DNA of 63,980 bases, the filler included, from Conidiobolus incongruus B7586 (taxonomy: Eukaryota), in NCBI GenBank assembly GCA_000697335.1. It is 16 parts of 16 records of this genome, joined end to end, with 100 filler letters (N's around TTAATTAATTAA, not from the genome) between each part and the next. Parts side by side here need not be neighbours in the genome. Positions count along the whole stretch, not along the records: positions 52,583 to 57,040 come from JNEM01005752.1; positions 57,141 to 62,639 come from JNEM01005753.1; positions 62,740 to 63,980 come from JNEM01005754.1; 13 more parts are not named here. One strand, written 5' to 3'. The position numbers and the translations under genes are program-made. Below the pieces are notes generated by a model. That model was not told where the DNA came from and searched no databases. It worked only from the letters and a program-made list of their open reading frames with translations. Positions 54,701 through 63,980 of the stretch are shown piece by piece; the stretch's first letter is position 1, and each line of letters opens with the position of its first letter.

Positions 54701-55067
54701 TATTAATAAATATATTGTCCTTTTAAAACTTTCCAATTAAAATAAATAATTTTGAATATTGAGGTTAATAATATTAAAATATATTTGAAATGTATAGGAA
54801 AATATACAAGATATTTATTTATATGTTATAATATACCGAAATATATCAAACTAAATAATTTACAAAAACTTGAATTATTGAAATTAATGTACAATAGGGT
54901 CATTTTTTTCAGTACCTGAATCATTATCTTAAAGGAGTTAAATCAAGGATTGATGGATTGGGAATAAAAATAATTCATGGATACCTAAAGTTCTAAATAA
55001 CTTAGTATAAAAAGGATCGTTCATTTATTAAAATTAATTAGTCATTTTATTCAAGCATATTTTCAAT

Positions 55068-55652
55068 ATGAATTTGTATTTAGTTACCGTTGTTAGTTTG
55101 AATATTTTGCTTAAAGTTTGTAACAGCTATAGATTTGTTATTAATTCGCCATATGACACTGTTGTTTGGAATGGCAACCAAAATGCAGTGGTAAAATTTA
55201 ACTTATCACCAGATTCCGGATCTCCTCCAGATGATACCAAAGTATGTGTTGAACTCTTACATGGGGATCCCAAGAATTGTCAAAAGATTGCTACCATTTC
55301 GTGTGATCTTTCATGTTCAGACACCCTAGTCAGCTGGCAGGTACCGGATTATCCATCGAATAATGATTACTTTATCAGAGTAGGAACACCACAATCGTAT
55401 GCTTACTCTCATAAATTCACTATTATTGGAAGTGGATCAGTTCCATTACCCAAATCACAACCTGCAGTAGTGGCCTCTAGCAATATTCAATCAACCAGTG
55501 ACAATGATAACACCAGTGCTGATAATACTAATTCAAATCCCAGTGTCAATAATAATGCAACACTAGTCTCAACTAAAAAATCTGATGCATTTACTCTAAT
55601 CGCACCTATGAAACTCAGTACATTAATTTTAAGTTATTTGCTTTTGTTTTAA
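55068..55652 (+). CDS. Ser/Thr-rich GPI-anchored cell-surface protein (Kre9/Knh1-like N-terminal Ig-like domain)
   Basis: Signal peptide; INSP..VVW, SWQVP, YFIRVG and YSHKFTI fit this domain; S/T/N-rich stalk; KKSDA omega region and hydrophobic C-terminus. Confidence 0.85.
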   Translation: MNLYLVTVVSLNILLKVCNSYRFVINSPYDTVVWNGNQNAVVKFNLSPDSGSPPDDTKVCVELLHGDPKNCQKIATISCDLSCSDTLVSWQVPDYPSNNDYFIRVGTPQSYAYSHKFTIIGSGSVPLPKSQPAVVASSNIQSTSDNDNTSADNTNSNPSVNNNATLVSTKKSDAFTLIAPMKLSTLILSYLLLF

Positions 55653-57209
55653 ATTAAAAAACTTTTATAGCATTAATAAAATAATAGTATCAATATTTAA
55701 ATATAATATGATCAATTATAATTAATCCGAATTTTTTCCCTTATTATACAAAATTTTTAAAAAAATTTTTTTATTCGCAATTTTCAAAGTTTTTACCAGT
55801 TTTAGAAATTAAATCCTCAATATTATACCAACTCCTTTAATTATCATCTAAATTTATTTTACTTATTAAAAATAATTTTTATTATAACCAATATTTTATT
55901 AAATCAATATTAATAACAAGTAGTTATATTATCTGATATTCTTTTATTATACCTCATTACTAAAAGATTTAAAAAAATTTATAATAATATAAAAATATAT
56001 TTAATTATTCATTTATTTTTAATTTTAAAAAAATTTTTTTTAAAATAATTTGATAACTAAATTAACCAATTATATCAAGTTATATAATATTATTATTCTA
56101 TTAAAATTAAAACACAATGAAATATATTATATAAGGCGTTCAAAACATTTCAATAATCTGAATTAATATTATATATGGTCAAATCTAATGAAATTATGTA
56201 ATAATTTATAATATAACTTATAAATCTTTTTATTTTTGATTTAATTAATTAAAAATAATAAAATTTTTTCATTTGTTAAAATATATATAATTTTTTAATA
56301 AAAAAATTTAAACCCTTTTTATAAAATTAATTGTTTTTATATATAATATTTTTAATATCTATGTTTAACCTATATTGAATATTTATTTTGAAATGAAATC
56401 AATGTTATATTTGATATAAATTTATTTATCAAAAATTCAATATTAAAAATTTATAATTTGAATTAATTAAGCAAATAATATATAGTGATTTTATAATTTA
56501 TATATTATTTAAGCAAGATATACTTAATTAAATTCAATTTAAAACATTCATATTATATAGAATATAATGATATCAAATTATTTCAAATATCAAAATTTTA
56601 ATTAAAATCAAATAAAAAATAAAAAACATAAATTAAAAAATAATAATTTTTATGATTAATTTAATATTTGAGATTATTATCAAATATCAAAATTAATCAT
56701 CATTATTAATATTAGAAATATTCAAAATATATTTATATAATATAAATTAGCTTGAATATCTTTTAAAACATTTATTATTGAATTTTATGAACTATATTTA
56801 TTTATATTATTATAATTAAAATATTTAGGCTATAATATAGTAATAAATTCTAATATCATTATTAACTATTATTATAAATTTAAATTATTATTAAAAACTT
56901 TGTATAAATTGTAATATATAATAAATTAAGCTTTATTTTTTTAGTTTTTAAATTTATATATAATTTTAGTTTTATAATAATAATTAAACTTTTAATCTAA
57001 ATTTTAATTTTTTCAATTATTTTAATAATTAAAATATCCCNNNNNNNNNNNNNNNNNNNNNNNNNNNNNNNNNNNNNNNNNNNNTTAATTAATTAANNNN
57101 NNNNNNNNNNNNNNNNNNNNNNNNNNNNNNNNNNNNNNNNTAATCAATTATCAAAATATATTATAAAATTAAAAATATCAATATTTTTATTAATATCTGA
57201 TATAATTAT

Positions 57210-57558
57210 TATTAGGTTATTAGCTAAAAATAGAGTTAATTAGCTATTTTACTATTTTACTATTTTACTATTCAATATTTATTTATTTTAATTCTATTTA
57301 AAGAATCATAGCATTTAATATTTGTATAAAAAAATGATCTTTATTATATTAGAAAATAAATTAATTTTGGTTCTTATTAGAAATAAAAAGTAAAAAGATA
57401 TACTTTTTTACTAATCTATATAAGTATTTTATCTAGTTAATTTATTCTAAAACTAATAAAATTTAACTTTATTATAAATATAAATTATAAAAAAGCAAGG
57501 TAACTTAAAGATCAAGAATAAGTATAATCCCTTTTAACTAAAACTCAAAAAGTTAACA
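57210..57558 (+). repeat. 5' LTR of the Gypsy element (349 bp)
   Basis: Starts TATTAGG (TG>TA), ends GTTAACA, colinear with 62311-62639. Confidence 0.85.
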
Positions 57559-57575
57559 TGGTAATTAAAGAGAGG
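57559..57575 (+). other. Primer-binding-site-like sequence
   Basis: TGGTAATTAAAGAGAGG directly follows the LTR's terminal CA; TGG is complementary to tRNA CCA. The tRNA cannot be identified because of mutation. Confidence 0.6.
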
Positions 57576-60500
57576 TTAAATTTAAAAAGTTATTAGATTT
57601 TAGTTTACTACCTAAAATATTAAAATTTACAAGAGTAAAAAAAGAAGTTAAAGGTTTTAATTGTGATTTTAAAAATAAAGTAAAACTACTAAGATTAGAT
57701 AAAAAATAAAAGATAATACTCTTTTTAATATATCTAAAAAACAAACTTAAAAGATGGTTTAACAAACAAGACTTTAATTTATAAGTTAAATTAGAATGTG
57801 TTTTTATGAAAAAATTTCATTTGGTTATATTACTATATATAACTTAAACAAAACTCACCTAAATAAAACAAAAGTTTAAAAAAACCTTAAACCACTATAT
57901 TAATAAATTTAAAGAATAGGTTAAAAAATGTAACTATAGTATATTTTAAGAAATAAAAATCTTAATCATTTATATTCTTTGAAAAATAGTTTTAGAAAAG
58001 TAGTATGCTTATAGTTTTATGAAAAATAAAATTAAGATAAATTAAAAGGAAAATTAAAAAATCTTAATAATTTCAATAAGTTTAATAATGTTAGTTATAA
58101 AAGTAAATAGTTTATTAATATTACTATAATAAAGTAAACTATAAAAAAAATTTAATTTAAAATTAAATACTATAAAAAACATTTGTATAAACTTAAGCAA
58201 TAAGAAAAAAAATATTTAGCAAAAATACTAAAGGTGTACTATAATTGTTTAAATTTTAAACATCCTTTATTATATTGTTTTAATAAAAGAAAAGCTCAAA
58301 ATTAATAAAAATAGGGAGTTTTATTAATTTATCTAATAAGTCCCTAATATTTTCTTTTTATGTTACTATAAAAATTAGGTTAAAAAAAACTTAAGATAAA
58401 AAAAAATTTTTATAATAGACTTATATTAATTACAAAGAAAAACCTAGCTATTAAATTTAAAAACTAATAGAAACAAAACTAAAGTTTAAAGTAGCTAAGT
58501 GTATTAAAAAAACTCAAGGATTAAAAAGAAGTAATACCTAACAACTAAAACAATTATAATAGAGAAAATAGATTAACACAAATGAATATTAATAAACTAG
58601 TTAGTTATAATAGTATATTAAAATAATAAAGTTACTAATCTCTAAAAAAGTTGAAATAAAGTAATACTTTAAATAAAGCTTATTGGTACTATTACTTATA
58701 AATAATAAAAAATAAGAAATAATTACAAAAAAATAGAATCATTATAATTAGTAATACCTATAGATAAAACTATAAATATAAAAAAAATCACTTAAAAGTT
58801 AAAAGAATTCTATAGAAAACAAATACTAAAAGTATATCTCACTAACAATTAAAAATAGACTATATAAGAAATAATATTATTCTTAACTAAAATAAAAGAG
58901 AAACTAGTTAAAGTTATATTAGATATTAGTTATATTAGAGTAGTAATCTCTTAAAACTATTTTAAAAAGTTAAATTTAAAAGAAAACTTTAAGGTTAGTA
59001 TAAGTATAAAATCTGTTAAAAAAATAATATAAAGAAATAAAAAATATTTAAAGTATTAAAAGTGAAAATAATAGGTAAAACAATAAATATACTTATAATT
59101 ATATTAACTAAAAATAAATATAATATACTAATTAATATATTATAATTAACTATAGCAGGTGTTATTTTAAATTTAAACAATAAATTTGTAGAAGTAAATA
59201 ATTATAGATTTTAATAAGAAAAAGTAAACAATATTAATTATATAATAATGTTGGTAAAAGAAAACAAAAATAATAAATTATTAGTTTTTGTATCTTTAAA
59301 GTTTAAAGTAAAAGTAAGTAATAACAAAAATATTTAATTTATTTATTAAAAATCTTTTGTAATTTAACTTTATATTATTTATAAATTAATTATTGATTTA
59401 GAAAAAGATAACAGTTACTTTAAAATTTATCAACTATAATTCAACTTTAAAACAGTAATTAAATTAATTAATCATAGTTTTATTATAGAACTAATAAGCA
59501 AAATTATAACATTGTAATTTAAATCTAGAATTAAATTTAACATTGAATTAAAGAAAAATAAATATCTAATTTATATAAATAAATAAAATTTAAAAGAGTG
59601 AAAATCTATTAATTTAAGTATATTTAATTTTATTAACTAAGTGTATATGTTATCTTCTAAAGAAAAAGAAGATTATTGTAATTTGGTAAATAATAGATTA
59701 TTAGAATTAAATCACCTTAGTAATCAACAACAATATTAATTATACTTAATTTTATAAAAATAATATGGTATATTTTTTACTAATAAATATAATATAAGTA
59801 AAACAAACATCAAATATATAATATATTTTAATAAATTAATACTACTTAAAAGTTATTTATTACAAAAGTTACTTAAAAAAATAAGTTAAAATTTGAAAAA
59901 TAGAAGAATTATTAATAGCTGATTTAATAAAGCTATTAATATTATTATTTAAAATACTAATAATATTAATTTAAAAGCTTGATAGTTTCTTATAGGTTTG
60001 TATTAATTATCATTTTACTAAAAAAACAATATAATTAGATAGTTACCTATTATTTATTATTAATAATTACTTAAAACAACTTGCTAAAATAAAATAGCTT
60101 ATTATTATTAATTTTATAAAAGGTTATTATTAAATGTTATTTTTTTTAAATTCAAAAAAAAATTACTACTTTAGTTATTTTTAATAGTGTATACTAATAG
60201 AAAGTGTTTTTAATAAGCATAAGTATTTTAAAAATAGCATTTTAATGTTTGTTAAATTATACTTTAACTAGTCTATAACTAAAATATTGTTTGGTTTATA
60301 TAATTGATATTACTCTCTTTTCATTAAATTTTAAGCAATATTTAATTAATTTAAATATAGTTTTCAATTAATTATCTAAAGTAAAATTAAAAGTAAATTA
60401 TAAAAAATATTAATTTATAGTAGATAAAGTTATGGTGTTAAGATATATTATATCTAAAGCTGAAATAAAAATAAATCTAAAGAAGTTAGAAACTATTATT

Positions 60501-62310
60501 AATTTACCTTTACCTATAAATATAAAATAATTAAAAAGTTTTCTTAGGTTAATTAATTTTATAAAAAGATTCATTCTAAATTACTTAACTATTTGTAAAC
60601 CTTTGGATAAATTAACTAAAAGAGGTATTGCTTTTATATAAAGAGTAGAATAAGAAGAATTATTTAACACCTTAAAACAAAAGTTGATTGAAAATCTAAT
60701 TTTAAAATTTTTAAATTTTAAAAAATAATTTTATATTAAGACTAATACCTTTAATGTTAGATTAGGTATTATATTAAGTTAAGAAAAAAATAATAAAAAT
60801 GGTTTTTACTATCTTATTGTTTATATTTTTAAATCTTTAATTGATAGTAAAAGGAACTATCATACTATAGATAAAAAAAGATTAACTATTATATAAGTGA
60901 TAAAACTATTTTACTTTTATATATATAAGTTTAAATTAATATAATTACTAATTACTTAGCTTTTATTTACTTTCAAACTAAATAAAATTTAAAATGAAAG
61001 AGAATAAAATAAATAAAAAATTTAATGAATTATTATTTTAATATTATATATAAAAAAGATGTTAGTAATTATTTACTAGATATATTATTAAAGTTAATTT
61101 TAATTACTAAAGATAATAAATGTTTACTTTTAAATACTATAATTAATAACTTTAAAAAAAATAAAGCTTTTAAAATAGATAAATTGTAGGTATTATTAAA
61201 TCAACAGAAAAAATTATTAGAAAGATATTATAAATTTTATACCTGGTATTTAAATATATTAAAACTATTTAATTTAATCAAATTAAAGTATTATTAGAAT
61301 AATATATTAAACAATTATAAATTTATAATCTCTAGTTATAATTAGTATTAAAAATATATTTTATACTGTTAACTTAAGTTAATAATATTAATCTTTACTC
61401 ATCAATCTTTTTATAAGATTAGAATAAATTTTGCTAAAATAAATTTTAAAAGTATTAATAGGAAAAAGTATATTATAATATATATTAACTATTTTATTAA
61501 ATAGGTTAAAGTTAAAGTTATAGTTTCAATAAATAAATTTGTTGTTAAAGAATTTATCTAGGATATTATAACTAGGTATAATTACTTAAAAAAGATTATC
61601 AATAACAATAGTTAATTATTTTTTGTTAAAAGTATAAAGAAGTTTTATATTGAATTAAATATAAAAAATAAAGCTATAAACCTATATTATTTTAAGTTTA
61701 ATAGTAAAGTTCAAAGAGTAATTAGTATATTAAAGAGGATTTTATAAAAGTTAAATTTAAATTATAATAAAAGATAAAACTAGTGGTTAAATGTAGCTTT
61801 TATAATAATAAAGATTATTTAACATATATAAACTAGATATTTACCTTTTATGTTATTTTATAGTAAAAATCTTACTCTATCAAAAATATTAGTTTAAGAA
61901 AATTATAAAGGTTATATAAATTAATATTATTATAAAAATTATATAAAAGAAATAAGTTAAGAATTACTTAAAATTTATAATTTAGCCTATTAGAATAATT
62001 TAAACAATAAAGTGAAAATAATAACTAGATAAAATAAAACATAAAATGTTAAAAGTAAATACTTTAAACTTAATAATATAGTTTTATATAATTTAACAAG
62101 ATATATTAAATTAAAAGGTGAAAAAAGTAGACTTTAGATTAAACCTTTAGAGATTATTAAGATATTCCTAAAAATATATTATAAATTGAAGTATCTTACT
62201 TCCCTTACTATTCTCAACTAAATACACCCTAGTTTTATTAAATATTTTATTAACTAACTTAATTTATAAAATCATTAGATTTAAAAATAAATATAATAAA
62301 TCAAGAGCTA

Positions 62311-62639
62311 TGTTAAGTTATTAGTTAAAAATAAAGTTGATCAATTATTTTATTATTTTACTATTTAAGATTTATTTATTTTAATTTTATTTGAAGAATT
62401 ATAAGAGTTTAACATTTGTATAAAAAGATAATTGTTATTATTTTAAAAAATAAATTAATTTTAGTTTTTTTTAAAAATAAAAAGTAAAAAGATATATTTT
62501 TTTAATAATCTATATAGATACTTTATCTAGTTAATTTATTCTGAAACTAATAAAATCTAACTTTATTATAACTATAAATTATAAAAAAACAAGGTAACTC
62601 AGAGATTAAGAATAAGTATAATCCCCTCTAATTAAAACT
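62311..62639 (+). repeat. 3' LTR of the Gypsy element, last ~20 bp lost in gap
   Basis: Starts TGTTAAG and is colinear with the 5' LTR up to ...AGTATAATCCCCTCTAATTAAAACT. Confidence 0.85.
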
Positions 62640-62739
62640 NNNNNNNNNNNNNNNNNNNNNNNNNNNNNNNNNNNNNNNNNNNNTTAATTAATTAANNNNN
62701 NNNNNNNNNNNNNNNNNNNNNNNNNNNNNNNNNNNNNNN

Positions 62740-63980
62740 TATATATATTTCTATTAATATCTTAATCAATTCTAATTTAAATAAACTTATATTAAACTAT
62801 GTAATTAATATATATTTTTTATTTATAATATAATATATATATTTAAATTTATTTAATTATTAATTGATATATTAATATTAATAATATACTTAAGGTGAGT
62901 TATAAATTTGTAGGTTTTAGTATTAATAGAAAAATTAATATCTAGTATATCTATCTTTTGCTTTTCTAACTTTTTTAAGTTTGTAGGGTATAAAGTCAAC
63001 TAGCTTCTTACATTAAACAAGATTAATATTATTCTAAGCTTCTTAAATATACTCTTAAAGTTAATCTAAATTTTTTGCTAGGGGGAAAACTTTAATTGAT
63101 TTTTTTAGTTAATTCTAAAGATATTTAATTGGGTTAAAATTAGGAAATTAAAGAGGTTATTTCATAATAGTTATTTTGTTATTTTTAAGCCATTTAATAA
63201 TAGAATTTATAGAATAACAAGGTGTATTATCTTATTAGAAAATAATATTTGATTTTTTTAATCTATACCATTTAATAATTTTTTTCAATTTATTGTTTAG
63301 AATATTTTAATATATTATAATATTAATTCCCCTATTAATTTTATAAAGATATCTTATACCTAAAAATAATATACATCCCTAAACTATAATTAACCTATCA
63401 TTGTATTTTTGGGTTATAATAACATAATAGTTATAAAGTAATTTTTTATCTTTTTTAAAATATTTAACTCTTCTATTAAATTTATTAAAATATATTTTTA
63501 TTTCATTAAACTAAATAACTTTACTTTAGTTAATTTTAATTCAACTTTAGTGTTGATATTTAAACTCCCACCTAATTTTATAATGGGATTTTTTTAGTTG
63601 GGGGTGTTTTTTCTTAAAGTGTAAGTGATATCTATTCTAATATAAAGTATATATAATAGTATTAGTATTAATTAATATTCTTATATAGTTTTATAATTCT
63701 TGTTATATTTCTACAATAGTATTATATTTACCTGTATTAACTAATCTATAAATATACTTTTTATCATATTTATCTATAATTTTAACTTACTTAAGTTTTA
63801 GTTTAGATGTTTTTTTAATATTGTTCTTAATAACCCTAATTATAATAGATTAATTAGCACTAGTAATTCTAACAATCTTATAAGTTGATTTATTTTTATT
63901 ATAAAGTTGAATAATATATAAGTAAACTTTTTTAGAGAGAGATTTAGGTATTATAATATTAATTTTAAAATATTAGCTTA
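62740..63980 (-). mobile_element. Degenerate Tc1/mariner (DD34E) copy G, best preserved
   Basis: Minus-strand relics: VI*FNEIK (VIWSDETK) at 63519-63496; V*GC at 63384-63373; F**DNTPCY (FQQDNAPCH) at 63240-63214; *PL*FPNFNPIKYL* (WPPQSPDLNPIEHLW) at 63159-63115; ...YTRY-stop at 62935. The second Asp (63231) and the Glu position (63126) are 105 nt apart, i.e. D34E. Confidence 0.92.

Larger units (their letters stand above)
57210..62639 (+). mobile_element. Near-complete, heavily mutated Ty3/Gypsy LTR retrotransposon
   Basis: Two LTRs and a PBS-like site. Relic motifs in Gypsy order: gag knuckle (C>Y)YNCLNFKHPLLYC at 58237-58278; protease LDIS (from LDTG) at 58919-58930; RT CLVYIIDI at 60288-60311; LKSFLRLINF..RFI; RNase H TNTF (from TDAS) at 60741-60752 and RNYHT; integrase INYFIK* (from IDYFTKW) near 61480-61505. 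Confidence 0.92.

Noticed and set aside
57565..57765. Short F/L/I/K/N-rich ORFs (also 5891, 10416, 25454, 27551, 48316, 49879, 50485)
   Set aside because: Composition expected from chance ORFs in very AT-rich DNA; 57565-57765 is antisense to the Gypsy relic.

Overview
Very AT-rich eukaryotic scaffold, almost certainly fungal. The short GT-AG introns (46-69 nt), a proteinase-K-type subtilisin, a GPI-anchored wall protein and a non-Dikarya-style 7TM protein point to an early-diverging fungus, possibly Conidiobolus-like; this is inference. Fifteen 100-bp gaps each carry an artificial TTAATTAATTAA linker, so adjacency across gaps is not guaranteed. Genes: a 7TM membrane protein cut by the window edge, two tandem DGAT2-family acyltransferases, three eEF1B-gamma-type GST copies (one complete, two cut by gaps), a subtilisin cut by a gap, a C2H2 transcription factor and three secreted/cell-wall proteins. 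Two things stand out. (1) A cluster at 26.6-33.7 kb holds six related 58-72 codon microprotein loci (four intact, two pseudogenes). They share a C-terminal [YF]-x-[LV]-[LMFV]-S-[YF]-[ITV]-[RK] motif, and the best-preserved copies carry a perfect S/T-x-x-x-S/T ladder of seven sites. (2) Tc1/mariner DD34E copies and a near-complete Ty3/Gypsy element are degraded mainly by C>T/G>A transitions while staying largely in frame, a RIP-like signature, whereas short solo LTRs and gene duplicates are spared.
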